Of a stretch of DNA of 64,000 nucleotides, positions 1 through 12,144 are shown piece by piece. Below the pieces are notes generated by a model that searched no databases, had not been told where the DNA came from, and saw only the letters and a list, made by a program, of their open reading frames with translations. A program made the position numbers and the translations under genes. The DNA is taken from NCBI GenBank assembly GCA_040285855.1, contig JAUFOQ010000017.1:310001-374000 (forward strand), written 5' to 3'. The DNA is from Eukaryota sp. GEM-RC1. Its lineage: Eukaryota. The number at the start of each line of letters is the position of its first letter. Position 1 is the stretch's first letter.

Positions 1-486
1 CGTCTCTTGAATAGTATTCTCCCCTGCTGGTAGTCTCAAGTAGATATATCTTAACTTTTTTTCCAAAGTACAGTTCAAACACAAAATTGGTACATTCAGT
101 GGTGTCATTTGTATAGAATAGTAAGAACAATTGTTCAGGATGGTTGTCATTGAGGGATTCTGAAGAAGAGCCAATGGAATATTGACAATCTCATCCGCAT
201 TCATCAGCACGTCTAATGAGTGGAGTCTATAATGAAGTTCTCTTCCTTTCAGATTGACACAAATGGAGCTGAAGGGGAAAATCTTTCGAGCAATGGGAAG
301 TTTGTGGGGATTGATGGTAAGGTCTCCCAAGCCTCTGTAGAATATATCGACAGTTAGAGACGGGGTTTGTGATGAGATCAAATGGAAGAACTTTGAGGAA
401 ATAGTTCTCATTTGGATCCGATGTTCAATCGAACAGTGGCGGATTACTAGTTCCAAGAGAGTAGCGGGAAGAAGTGCGACAAACAT
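1..486 (-). CDS. F-box-like protein, paralog of 2727..3887; runs off the window start
   Basis: Manual translation from the ATG at 486 gives MFVALLPATLLELVIRHCSIEHRIQMRTISSKFFHLISSQTPSLTVDIFYRGLGDLTINPHKLPIARKIFP, open to base 1 and colinear with the 386-aa ORF. It is missing from the ORF track because it has no stop in the window. Confidence 0.8.
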   Translation of the reverse strand, partial: MFVALLPATLLELVIRHCSIEHRIQMRTISSKFFHLISSQTPSLTVDIFYRGLGDLTINPHKLPIARKIFPFSSICVNLKGRELHYRLHSLDVLMNADEIVNIPLALLQNPSMTTILNNCSYYSIQMTPLNVPILCLNCTLEKKLRYIYLRLPAGENTIQET

Positions 487-1046
487 GTCAAATCTAATAC
501 TGTAACGACAAATGCGGACCGTAAGGTTCAAAATCAGACATCTCCGATTGGACACCCATAATTTCTCGTTAATGAATTTGTGTAGTTTAGGGCACTGTTA
601 AATGGACAATGCGGTGCCTATCATACACAATCCTTTCCCCGGATATAATCATGTTCCTCAGTTTCTAGAGGTATTATTTTGAGCACATTTGAGGTCAACA
701 ATCGTGTTGTTCTCTTATCTAGTTTTCGTTCGTCGTCTTTACAAGTACATGTAGTCAAAGAACCGTCGGAATATAAAGAATTCACCCTGTAATCTACTCT
801 CATGCATTGTTTGCTATACAGTCATTTCTGTGATATAGGGACTTCATTGATAAGATCATCTGATTGTGATTGTTTGAAGTTTTCAACCTGCCTATTTTGA
901 TCCAACAAATGTGTCCAACTGTACTAGTATTTTGTCGTAATGCAAGTCCTATTTCTTGCTTTTTGTCTCGATTGCATTACGAAAAGTCTCATTTCTTCAG
1001 TATACATATTATTATTTTATATTAAAACAATGTACAACAGTGAAAT

Positions 1047-1726
1047 CAGGGATTGGAAAAATATATTTATATTGCAATATATTGCAATAAGTACAATAAC
1101 AATATGGTATTGTTGGTACATAAACAATAGCAATATCATATTGTTGGTGCATGTACAATAACAATATATTGCAATATATTGATGTGTTATTGTTAGAGAA
1201 AAATTGATACATCAGTGTTTTATAGAATCTTTGCGGGATAAAACAGTATCCATTAGAATAGACTTCGCTTTCTGAAGAAGCAGGAAACTAAACAAGACCT
1301 TACAGTGAGTTCTACAATCGCCTTCGACTGTCAACTTATTGTTTCCAAGCACCAGCAATTCCAAGTACATTGACTTTCAGTCGTTCATCCTTCCGCCAAT
1401 GAAGTTGAGAGGCTCTTCAGTCACACTAAACTCACTTTAGGTTGTATATGACATGTTTTAGATCAGTTTATCATATAAAAACAATAGTTCTTGCTCTACA
1501 ATCCTGCTTTCTGGAATGAAAGTACATCTGGCAGAATTTTCAACTCGTCGAAAGAAGTGGTGTCACAAATAAACTCCGTAATGTTTGTATTTTCGAATAT
1601 TGCAATATATTGTCCATAAGTATTTATACATTGTTCACAATAACAATATCCTATTGTTCCAGTTCTCTTATTGTCAATAAATATTGTTGGTGGACAATAA
1701 ATATAAATATATTTTTCCAACCCCTG
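1047..1726. mobile_element. Non-autonomous hAT-type element (680 bp)
   Basis: TIRs CAGGGATTGGAAAAATATATTT / AAATATATTTTTCCAACCCCTG. Perfect 8-bp TSD AGTGAAAT (1039-1046, 1727-1734). ATTG/CAAT subterminal repeats. An internal + strand remnant PSANEVERLFSHTKL (~1389-1433) resembles the hAT dimerisation motif. Confidence 0.88.
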
Positions 1727-1756
1727 AGTGAAATTCATGAGAATAGAAATATTTGC

Positions 1757-2595
1757 AGCTGCAAGCCGGCTGGCTAAAAATATTTTTAGCCGGCTCAAGC
1801 CGAATATTTTAGGTTCTGTGAAAACATAGCTAATAACGAACGAATAATGAATTTAGAAATCGCAAATAATGATTTACAGCGCTTATCAGAACAGTTTAGG
1901 GCTACTAATGTTTATCAACGTTCGAGAAACAATGGAATTGGTGAATATAGTTGATATGTGTCGAATAATTGCCCTACTGTTTTTCTTGAGGGTACTGATA
2001 ATACAGTCAGTGCCTTATGTACATTGTCGCAGTGTCTTTTTCTGACACTTGATATGACTATTACATCTTTTACTTCCATATAAAATGGATATACCTGTGT
2101 TCTAAGACAGTATAAAACCTGAACTCCGTTAGAGATCTTCTGCTAACGACTCTATTTCTTTAGAACTAATTAAGCTCCTTCTCAAAAGTACTACTGTTTT
2201 CCTACACTGGGCAGACAGTCAATTCCATAGTGGTGTTACGATTGTTTCACAGATTCAAGTAATATCTAACTGATCAACGTCAATTTTATATGTGATAATC
2301 ACAAAAATAGGTGACATGTAAAATCCGTAAAAACTGGAATGTACTGATCAATGGTATCATTCTGATACTCGGTGTAGTTGTCATTAACAATGGTTCTGTA
2401 TCATTTTACTGATATATCAACCAACAAGTCAATAACACTTTTAAGCAGTTAGCCTAAATACCCGAAACAAAACTCGATGAGGCTGAGCCGGCTTCAGCCG
2501 GCTTGGAGCTAGCTAAACTGTGTTGTAAGCCGCAGCCGGCTAGCTAATGCCTGTGGCTGAGCCATGAGCAAATTTTGAGCCGGCTCCCATCTATA
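1757..2595. mobile_element. Degenerate hAT-like element with AGCCGGCT subterminal repeats
   Basis: Clusters of AGCC/GGCT motifs at 1757-1803 and 2481-2586. The right end GAGCCGGCTCCCATCTATA resembles Ac-type TAGAGATG ends. No left TIR or TSD found. Confidence 0.5.
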
Positions 2596-2726
2596 GTTTC
2601 CCCTCAGCTTAAGTGCATGTATGTATGTGTTAATACAAAGCTGACAAAACGCATTCTATTTACAATTGTATATAGTACAAATCAAAATTGCTGATTGACC
2701 AGTCACCTGTACAGAATCACGAATAT

Positions 2727-3887
2727 CTAAATTGGACAGACATCATTCAGTGGACAAACTGCTTGGCCAGGAAAAGACACATATGTCATGATTATATTAT
2801 CATGTGTACATCTTTTCTCAGCATCATGATACAAGTGACCATGAATTTCAACATTAGAAATCAATGTCCAATTCACCTTCCGAACATGAGGACATTTCTC
2901 AACAATGTGGATGAAACAATCAAGGCATGGATAAGACAAGTCGTTCAAAGTACAATTATCCATCTCAACATGAATGATGTTTGCAAGAATTTGTGGTGTG
3001 AAAAGAGACTCAAAACGTGAAAACACTGAGGATGATACGCGTATCGGAATTCGATCCAGTAGTGGCAGTATGTCCCCAGATATTGATAGGGATGAGAATG
3101 GCAACCTTTTAGTAAGTGAATGTACATAGAGTTTCAAATTTTTGGAGGACATCGCTTTTTTGAGAGTGAATGTATCAGCATGAAACCGGGACCAACTATT
3201 CAGAACCTTTTGGGCCAACTTTAGAGGAGCGTTTTCCATATTCACCACTACAACTCGGCCACTGTCAAGCATCTTCATTAATCTTGGAGTATTGAGATCA
3301 TCCACATACTTGATCATATCAATAAGAACGGTAGCTCTGGAGTATCTTGGATTGTTAGACGAAACCAATCTATATATGTTCTCAATGGTATCCGTTTCTT
3401 CAGGAACAGTTTTCCTGCAGGAAATTTCCGTCAAGTAGATATATCTGAGCAGAGAGTCGTCTACTGAATTCAGCGAAAGCAGCTCTGAAACATGGAAGTA
3501 TGGCAACTGTACAGAATAGCAAGAACAGCTCTTTACGATCGCTGGCATCAATGAGTTCCGCAGCAGCAGGGCCATTGGTACATTGACAAGCTCGCTCGCG
3601 CTAGTCAGTATATCAAGTGATTCCAGGTGATAATGAAGCTCTCTTCCTTTCAGATTGACACAAATGGAGCTTCGCGGCAAAATTTTCCGGGCAATGGGAA
3701 GTTTGTGGGGATTGATGGCCAGATCGCCCAATCCCTTGTAGAATACGTCAATCGTTAGTGATGGCCGTTGTAAGCTAATCAACTTCAAAAACCTTTGAGA
3801 AACCGTCCGCATTTGCATTCTATGTACAATAGCAACATGACGGAGTATCAATTCAAGCAGAGTAGAAGGCAGAAATGTAACAAACAT
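2727..3887 (-). CDS. F-box-like protein (386 aa)
   Basis: The N-terminus FLPSTLLELILRHVAIVHRMQMRTVSQRFLKLI fits the F-box pattern (LP..ll..Il..l.......+.Vs+.f..l). The ORF is intact and has a paralog at 1..486. Confidence 0.75.
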   Translation of the reverse strand: MFVTFLPSTLLELILRHVAIVHRMQMRTVSQRFLKLISLQRPSLTIDVFYKGLGDLAINPHKLPIARKILPRSSICVNLKGRELHYHLESLDILTSASELVNVPMALLLRNSLMPAIVKSCSCYSVQLPYFHVSELLSLNSVDDSLLRYIYLTEISCRKTVPEETDTIENIYRLVSSNNPRYSRATVLIDMIKYVDDLNTPRLMKMLDSGRVVVVNMENAPLKLAQKVLNSWSRFHADTFTLKKAMSSKNLKLYVHSLTKRLPFSSLSISGDILPLLDRIPIRVSSSVFSRFESLFTPQILANIIHVEMDNCTLNDLSYPCLDCFIHIVEKCPHVRKVNWTLISNVEIHGHLYHDAEKRCTHDNIIMTYVSFPGQAVCPLNDVCPI

Positions 3888-4426
3888 CTAGAGTCAGTCA
3901 ATGTCTGAGAGGACTGTTAAGACCAAAATCAATTGATCCAATTTTGACCTATTGAATTAACCAACACTATGGCTTCATTCAATTGGATGGATTCGGACTC
4001 CAAGATGGAGCTTTTAGGTCAGATCAATCCTTCTATATTGTAGATGTCATGACATCATATGTGTACTCCCACTCGTTGGTCTAATACATAATACAATGTT
4101 AGTTGTCACTGGTTGCTCATGTGCGCAACTGCATCCACTAACTTACGAACAATCTCGATGTTCATTTCTGTTTCAAAACGTGTACTTGTGTTCGCCAACG
4201 GTAAGTCTGTTTCTAAAACATCCAAACCACCATCGAACACATGTACCAACAATTAGCTTTTACTTTTCAAAAACCTCATCTAAGTAGTTCATGTAAATAG
4301 ATAGCAAATCATCATATATCTCCATAAAGTATTGTTCTTTTATAATTAAACAAAAGTACACCTACATAAAATAAAAATACAAGCACAAATAGTAACAAAC
4401 AACACGGTAGTTTCAGTTAATAACTT

Positions 4427-5217
4427 CTATTTTTTCCATCTTCTCCGTGACGTTCTCTTCTTGATATCACGTTGTATATTAGTAGCACACATCTCTACTC
4501 CAATGGATATTCTAGATCTACGTTTGGTCAATAAAGCTGGACTATTTGGTAGTGTCGGACTTGATGGTATGGGAAGAATCGGTTTGTGAGGGAATCGAGG
4601 CATTGGCTTGGCTTTTGTTTTGAGATTCCGACGAAGTCTCCGAAGCTCACGTTCTTCTTCTTCTTTTGAAGTTGCTCCAATGCTTTCTTTTCTTCTTCGA
4701 TCTGCGACATTCGTAGTAGTTGGGATTCATCGAATTCTTTTCTCTGTGATGATCGTTCTTTAGTATGGAGATGAGGATCAGAAGAAATAGTTAAAGGATC
4801 GTTGGAGGGTTCCGGTATAAAAGGGTTAGAGTGTGATAATGGTGTTGGTCTTGCTTTGAACCTTTGAGAAGCATTTAGTTCCTCTTCACGTTGTCGAGCA
4901 GATTGCTGTTTCATTGAGTGTAGCTGATGTCGGATATTGACTCTAAACTTAGGCGAATAAGCTTTCGTGGGTTTAGCGGGAGGAATATAATTCACAGGTG
5001 CAGTGTCTTCTAGCTGAGGAGATGAAGCTTTGAACTTTCGTAACTCCTCTTCTTGCCGACGTTCCTCTTCGATCTTTAATTGTAGCTTAGCAGCATGTTG
5101 TTCATGTCTCCGAGAAGTATTAAGAAGAGGGGATTTTGGTTTTGTAAGAGCAGTTTTCTTTGATTTAGGGACTCCTAGTTCTCCACGAGAATGGATCACA
5201 TGATCAGGTTTGGGCAT
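4427..5217 (-). CDS. TPX2 C-terminal-domain microtubule-associated protein (one frame break near 4665)
   Basis: FKARPTP...PFIPEPSNDPLTISSDPHLHTKERSSQRKEFD. Adding one A at CAAAAG gives KEEEERELRRLRRNLKTKAKPMPRF...LLTKRRS, the typical TPX2 C-terminal motif, ending at TAG 4427. Confidence 0.75.
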
Positions 5218-6299
5218 TTACAAGGATTTTAACAAGATGTTGGCGGAATGATGAAGTGTTTTTAGAAGTGTGTCAGTACATCAACGATCTTCTATTTCTA
5301 TTTTTGATACAGTATACATGATAACTCAAAAAGTGGATGTTTCTATCCATCCTAAACAGCTATATAAAGCCTCAGTTGCACAAGATTCTTCAACTTCTTT
5401 TGGTAACTTCTTCTTTTGTGTTCTGAATACAGTACAATTATTAATCAAAATTTTGGGTGGGAGGTTAACGATTGCGCTATTTAGTCCCATGCACAGATGA
5501 TTTAATTCGTTGTTTGGTGAAGGTCAGAAAGATCATCGTTCTTTTGACCCTTATTAAAGAATGTTACAGCTACAATGTAGTACAATTTCAGCAGAAGTTC
5601 TTTGATCTCTACCTAATTTGTTTGTAGTCCCGCACTTTAAACAGGTTTGCACTCTTAATCAGAGTTTCTCATAACATTTGGAAAATTGTTTACACACAAA
5701 TACAAGAATTTTAATGAAAGTTACTGCTTCGAAAGGTTGTCATTTTTTCTTTTTATAGCAATGATTAGGTATTTTGATTCGATTCGAAACAGTTACATGA
5801 ACTGGAGAGGATTTAGAGGTATTGTCATCTGATAAGCTAATATTGATGAATCTACTGATATATGTTTAATAGTAAATAAAATGCGTTTCTTTTTGAGGTA
5901 GATAATTTGTTTAATAATGTAGATCGTTGGTGATAGATAAAAATGATTATAACCATTGATGACATATTTTGCATTAATCACTGTAAACAAACAGAAATTC
6001 GATCAAGCAGGAAATTTTATCATTTGGAGATAATGTTGCTAGATCTATATTACCAGGAGACACACACAGAAAACCCATTCATGACTAAATATTCAGTATG
6101 TCAGATATTCTGAGTAATAGAGATTTCAATGGACAGTACATTACAAAAGGGGCTTTATGGTCAAAAACCATATCTAAAACAATTTCAAAAAACATACATT
6201 ACATAACAATGTATGTAGTTCTTTAGTTTCCGTACCCCAACATTAATCAATGAAGACATTTGAGGAGGTTCTCTGGATATCAAAGGAGACACAACAGTC

Positions 6300-6545
6300 T
6301 GTTTAGTAGAATCTTAAACCTACATTAACTATTCTATTACCTTTTAGGATTAAGTTTGGCGTTCTTATTGTTGATCTGTAGTTGGTAGTCAAGTTCGGAA
6401 GTCCATCAAAGAGCCACCAAATAGTCTGATTAAAATCTTTCCTTTGATCACGGCGCAATTTTGAAAAGGTAACAAAAATGCACTCAACAGCACTTTCAAC
6501 ATTACCAAGAAGTGATTTAGCAAAAATCTTCATTAACATCTTCAT
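6300..6545 (-). pseudogene. Possible hAT transposase C-terminal remnant
   Basis: LLGNVESAVECIFVTFSKLRRDQRKDF loosely matches the hAT dimerisation pattern (s..vERxFS.......R). No TIRs found. Confidence 0.3.
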
Positions 6546-6697
6546 TAACTCCTATTTAATACAGTTTGTAGTGAATAGAACAAATACTGAGTTGACTATA
6601 GTTTATGTTTTTAATACAATTCGATCTGATTTCAATTAGATAAAACAAAAAGATACAAGGTGACCGTTTCTAATACAATCAAGAATACCTGAAAATC

Positions 6698-7269
6698 TCA
6701 GCCCAGAAGCGCCAGTTCTTGTTGTGCATCTGACAGACGTTGTGATATTCCTGATGTAGTTAGAAGTGTAGGATCTGTGTCAAGAACAAGTAAGTCTTGT
6801 TCTGCTGCAGCAAGTTCTTGTTCTAGTGCATGTGTAACATATAGAATCTCTTGCGGCGTGAGACTCTCCCCCTGCAATAAGCCTAAGAAGCGCCGTCACA
6901 GCTCCTTCCTGATATTGGAGTTATGAATTGGGGACGTATAGTAACTGGAGCGGCGGTGTAAGAGGGTTGAGGTTGAGGCTTAGGCTTTGACGGCCTCTTT
7001 GTAGATGTATCTTTAGGAGTTTCAGCTCGTGGAGGAGGCGGTAGTGGAGAACTAGTAGATAGAGACATTAAAGTGTCATTCCCAGAAAGAACTGATAGTT
7101 CTTGAGAGAAATGTTCCTCAGGAACGTTAAGGTACTCACGAAGAAGAGTGATGAGTGTGAACTTCTCAGTTGTCCATTCACCTTGATGATGGAAAGCTTC
7201 AAGAACTTTTTTGATAGCATCCAATTCTCGTTGTTGCTGGATAGCTTGTGCTCTTCGTGGTCGTGACAT
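6698..7269 (-). CDS. ENT (EMSY N-terminal) domain protein with a frame-broken C-terminus
   Basis: RELDAIKKVLEAFHHQGEWTTEKFTLITLLREYLNVPEEHFSQEL resembles the ENT domain. A coding-like continuation (EGAVTALLRLIA, GESLTPQEILYVTHALEQELAAAEQDLL...ELALLG*) follows in shifted frames. Confidence 0.65.
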
Positions 7270-7769
7270 TAGCTGATGGATTTTGAAAAGACCAAATGAG
7301 AATGAAGTTTACTAAATGTGAGATACTAGTAGTAGCTCTACACCATGCCATAATGGAACTTCCATTCTTCAAACAATTCCTTTTATGTTCTCAAAAGCTC
7401 TTTAGCTGTAAGTATTCTAGGAGAAAGAAAAAAGCTTCAGTGCAATTTACTTGTATAGAGTGTTGTTCGAATGACGTTGAGTTCTATTTTTCAGCCATGC
7501 TGTAAATGTATTGCATATATACACAGTAAATGTCAATCGACACAATACAATAACAAAACCAGTTAATGCTTGTACAGCGACCAATATGTAGTTCGCACTG
7601 CTAGAAGTAATAGCAACTGAACTATGGTGTTGTTGATCAGAAATTGTCTGTGTCCCCAGTTTTATAGATATTAATTTTGGTCCATTTGATCCATAAACTC
7701 TTTTTAAGTAAACAAATACAAATTTATCGACGAACGGCACCAGAATACATATTCATAATACAAACAATG

Positions 7770-7921
7770 AGACACTATACACAGAAAATTCCTGGTCAAC
7801 AGTACCACTTCTCTTGTACAACTTCGTGATAATTGATTTAAAAAACCTTAGGCATCGAAAGGAACAAAGAATTAATCAACCGCTTATGTCAAATTGATAA
7901 ATTGAATCTCTTATTCTGAGA
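7770..7921 (+). repeat. Dispersed repeat, second copy at ~63910-64000
   Basis: Both copies share GAAAATTCCTGGTCAACAGTACCAC...TACAACTT.GTGA...AATCTCTTATTCTGAGA. Confidence 0.75.
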
Positions 7922-7940
7922 CTTACACATAGATCCAAAA

Positions 7941-8547
7941 CAGGCTTCACTAAAGTAGTCCAAAATTCAAAATTAAAGTAAAGTAAAGTTCTTTACTTTA
8001 CTTTAAGCTTTACTTTACTTTGATAAATAAAGTTACTTTAAGGACATTAAAGTTGGATCCAATCTCAATTCCTCACCCATACATTCTCTCCTGAAAATTG
8101 AAAATAGATTTCCATGACATTCCTTCCTTCCGAACAGCTCCTTCAACTCAGTTCTTCGACTAGCAACCAGCAGATGAAGTGTTCTTTGTATTTGAGGATG
8201 ATGACCAAGAAGTGTCTGATGAAGATCTAGAAGAGAATGAAGAAGATGTGGTCCAAGTTGAAGAAGTGAACCCATATGAAGATGTGGTCCAAGTTGATCC
8301 ATAGTGAAAATGATATATTCTTAAGCACTCACCCATTGCCCACTTTCCATTTTTACATTCCAGTTTTTGGTGAGTTTCTACAATAAAACATGTATAATAG
8401 TGTACTTTTGGTGTCAAAGAGTTATTTGCTGTGCTCAGAAAGCAAAATAAACAAGATTGAGGTTTGTCACTTTACCGTTCCGAAATTTTAAAGTAAGGTA
8501 AAGTAAAGTAAAGTCACTTTATCACTTTACTACTTTAGTGAAGCCTG
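7941..8547. mobile_element. Non-autonomous hAT-type element (607 bp)
   Basis: 19-bp perfect TIR CAGGCTTCACTAAAGTAGT. TSD ATCCAAAA/ATCCGAAA (7/8). AAAGT/ACTTT subterminal arrays at both ends. Confidence 0.88.
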
Positions 8548-8852
8548 ATCCGAAATCAGTTAAAAATTGAGAAGCCATTTCACCAACCTTCATAAATTAT
8601 GATAACGGTTATGTGTTTATTTCTATTAACAATTAACATACATGTTAGAACTCAACGCATTATAAACCATGGTGAACATTCAATTTAAATGTACATAATA
8701 ACAAATGAGGCAAACGTCATTTCCCGATTGCTGAATGCCTTTACAGTATATGTTGAGAAACAGGTTGACGTTAACGAATACGGATGGGGAAGTACCTCAA
8801 CTTATAAACTCTCCTTCTTAATTACTATAGAATAGAACACACAGTAGAAAGA

Positions 8853-9252
8853 TCATGATTGGCTATCATGTTTTGCAGCAATATTTCTCAACATTCGAAG
8901 AATTGAGCGTGCAGTGTCCTCAGTAGACGATTGCCATTTAGCCACATCTTCCAGGTCCTTCGATACATTGTGCAGCTTCTCAGCTTGTGTGGCCCAAGTA
9001 TCTGACTGTCGGACAAATTGAGTTGCTGCACTGCACAGGTTCGATATTTCCTTCTCTATGAGTTTTTGTTGTTCAAATACTTTAACAACCTGTTCATGCG
9101 TTGTAGTGTGTAATTCTTTGGATAATTCTTCAGCAGTTTTTGAAGCTTGTCGTCGTGCGGTATCTTGTGTTAAGTACAGATAAGAGCATACTACCAGAAG
9201 ACTTAAGATGTGAGATATTTGCTTGGTGCTCTTTGTATATTGAAGTCAGCAT
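8853..9252 (-). CDS. BLOC1S1: BLOC-1 subunit 1 (BLOS1/GCN5L1), one intron (9164-9191)
   Basis: Not in the ORF track. The spliced product MLTSIYKEHQANISHLK...VVKVFEQQKLIEKEISNLCSAATQFVRQSDTWATQAEKLHNVSKDLEDVAKWQSSTEDTARSI matches the BLOS1 pattern (KEHQ, Q+KL+.E, QF.+Q..QW, K++.DV..W). Intron GTATGC...TTAACACAAG. Confidence 0.8.
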
Positions 9253-9323
9253 TGAAAAAAGTTTTTCCATTTGATCAATTCTACATTGTAGTAGCAGGAG
9301 ACATATCCTTCTCCACGACTTTC

Positions 9324-12108
9324 ATGGGACATTTGGATACTGCCACAGATGCAAGTCTTCCTATTCTTCTTCATCGTGGGAAACAAGCCCTCATTAAAAA
9401 ACATTATTCTATAGCTATCAACTTTCTTACATCTGCCCTAGAATTCTCTCCTAAAGATCAGAATATCCTTTATTACCGTGCTCTTGCACATATGCAATCA
9501 CCATCTGGGATCAAAAAAGCCATTGCTGACTTTCGTTCTATTTTCTCAATATCTGATCCAGCAGATCCCCTTTTCTACATTGTCTATGCCATTTGCCTCA
9601 AAGAGTAGGTGATCTTCAAGCCTCCATCCGTCGTCTCTCATCTCTCCTGCGTGTTCATCCTCGTTATGCAGACGGATACTTAGCACGAGGTGAGCTCTTT
9701 CTAATCACCAATCAACATGAAAAGGCTCTCCCAGACTTTCTCCTGGCTGCTTCTAACTCTATTGATATTGCACCTGCTCTTTGTGGTCTTGCTCTCTGCC
9801 ACCTACACTCCAATGCTCCCAAACAGGCCCTCTCTACCATCAATCACGTCATTGATCTCTGTCACGACACTTCTGATTTAGCCAGGCATCGTCGAGGTCT
9901 AATAAACTTTAAGCTTGGACACTTTGAAGATGCTCTTGATGATTTCTCACATTCTTTAGATCTAAATGCTGAGTTTTCAGGTCTTTCAATACCGACTCTT
10001 CCCGAGCCTCTTTTTTATAGAGCAGTCATCAATTTCAAAAGAGGAAAGTCGCGGAGTGCAATCACTGATCTTGATCTCTATCATAAATCAAATCCATCAG
10101 ATCAGAAATCTCGTGAGCTTTTAGCAAGAATGTTCTTTGGTTTGGGTGATTACCAATCATCATATGACCAATTTAAATTGATTGGCGAGTCTTCCAAAGA
10201 AGTTCGATCATTTTTGGTGTTGCTGGATGTTATTTTAAATTTAAGGAGCTGTGTAAGTGAAAAGTCTTTAATGACAGCACTACTTCAGACATGTAAGGAA
10301 AATTTAAAAATTTCAAACTTTTTGGTTCATTCTATTAGAGGGTTTTGTCATGGACATCGTAAGGATGTTGCTGCTGCTGTGATTGAGTATAAGCTATCAC
10401 TTGAGAAAATCGACGATGAATTAGCAAATTTTGATCAATTTTCTGAAGAATTTAAATTATTATCCGATCACAAATACAACATTTCATCAAATATCGACGT
10501 TCTTAAGTGCATGTCGTTAGTTTTGAGCTCTTACTACGACAAATCAATCATGTTTATTGACCGCCTGATTGATTCTCGACCCTTCAATCAAATTGATTTC
10601 TTACTGATGAAGTCATTTGCCCAGTTCAAATCTGGAAATACTAAACATTCACTTACGACAGCTTTCAAATGTTTCAACAAATCAAGAAATTTTAAAATTA
10701 ACAGTAGTAATTCTAGAAGTGTTTATCTCTCTTCTTTTTCTATGCTCTGTTACTTGCGGAAAAGATCGTTTTGCTGACGCCGTATCTGTTCTAGACGTTT
10801 TGATTGATTCATTTGATTCGACTGCTAATCTAGGCCAATCAATCAAAGAAAATACGCGATTATTTAGAGCTCTTTGTCTCGTCATGGATTCTCTTGAAAC
10901 TGGAGACAAAACACTAGCTGAAAAGGCAAGAATCGACTGTGAAATATCATCGTCATCACCTCAATCACCTGCCATTTTAGGCAAGTGCATGTACGCTTTA
11001 GGCAACTACAAATCAGCCCTATCACTCCATGTTAATCATTCTTCCTCTTTTGAACTTGCCTCTTTGTACTGGTCTATTGGGAAACCTGAAGAGGCTCTCA
11101 AGTGTTTAGACCAGGAAAGAGTACGGACAAGAGATCAGGAAGTTGAGTTTGTACGGTACAAGTGTAAGTTGGCATTTAATTTAAAGAAGTTTGATTTGGT
11201 TGTTGGAATAATTGAAGCATTTTCAAAGGGTTGTAATGATTATTTGGTTAGTTTTGACCGTAAAGCAGTGGTAGTTTTGTCAAAGGTTGTGGACCTGAGT
11301 AAACAAAACAAGATTGATCGGAAAGTTATTGACCCTATTTTGACCGTGATTGATGATTTGATTGCACTTGATTGTGATGGATACGTTTTTCATCACTTTG
11401 GTTAATGTCTTTGAAAGGTATGTTGTTATACAGTCTTGGTGATGATCATTATGCAGATTGTTTTGAGAAAATCGCCGTTGTTATTGATTCAAAGTCAGAT
11501 CACGCTTCAACGTCAATTCTATTCAATCAATCAATCTATCATTTAATCAAAAAGATTACTCATCTTCTTTCAATCATTTATCACGTATTTGTCGTGGAAT
11601 TCTCAAGAAATCGTCATTGTCAACTCTTCCAGAACATAACGACACTCCTTCAAAGAGTTTCCGATTGGAGGTAGGGCTCAACGTTGTGGAAGCTGCTCTT
11701 TGCAATCGATTTGATAGCGACAATGACGTCATCTTGAGCTCAGAAGGCATCAAAGTCCAATCAAATGCACATCTTTCTGAAGAAGAAATTCTACAGCGAT
11801 TTGAAGACGGAAATCTTACAGATGAAGATGAGAATTTTGATAATAACGATATTATGGGCGTTGATGATTTGTCATTTCTTGAGCGCTTTCCTGTCACGTT
11901 ACATGGAAACTCACCAATCAAAATTGATTATCTGTCCCCTTTGATTGAAATTCCAATAGGCTGTAGAAAGTTTCTCTTCTCTTTTGTAGTGCCACTCCCA
12001 GATATTTCCCCAATGCCAGTTGTTGACGTTTCCAGATTCTTCCCCGCCCAATCTTTTGAAATTTCAAATTATGTGGTTAATTTGTATACACCTTGGAAAG
12101 ATGATTGA
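9324..12108 (+). CDS. Large tetratricopeptide-repeat protein (four frame breaks)
   Basis: TPR motifs such as AINFLTSALEFSPKDQNILYYRALAH and HRRGLINFKLGHFEDALDDFSHSLDLN. Five ORFs join by single-base indels at A/T runs (~9601, ~10761, ~11388, ~11550). Confidence 0.8.
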
Positions 12109-12144
12109 GGAAGTTTGTAGAGTATTTAATTTTAATAATTATTT

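Noticed and set aside
6873..6944. Tiny introns as the explanation for the ENT gene frame shifts
   Set aside because: The GT..AG candidates lack the YTRAY-5-nt signature, and no single candidate fully restores the frame. Single extra G bases explain it more simply.
7975..8040. (AAAGT)n / (CTTTA)n as telomeric or satellite repeats
   Set aside because: They are short, lie just inside TIRs at both element ends and behave as subterminal repeats.
9210..9323. N-terminal extensions from GTG/TTG starts in the ORF track (also 27547 and 45227)
   Set aside because: This is a eukaryotic locus. The extensions at 9210 and 27547 overlap the divergent gene, and downstream ATGs (9324, 27728, 45176) fit better.
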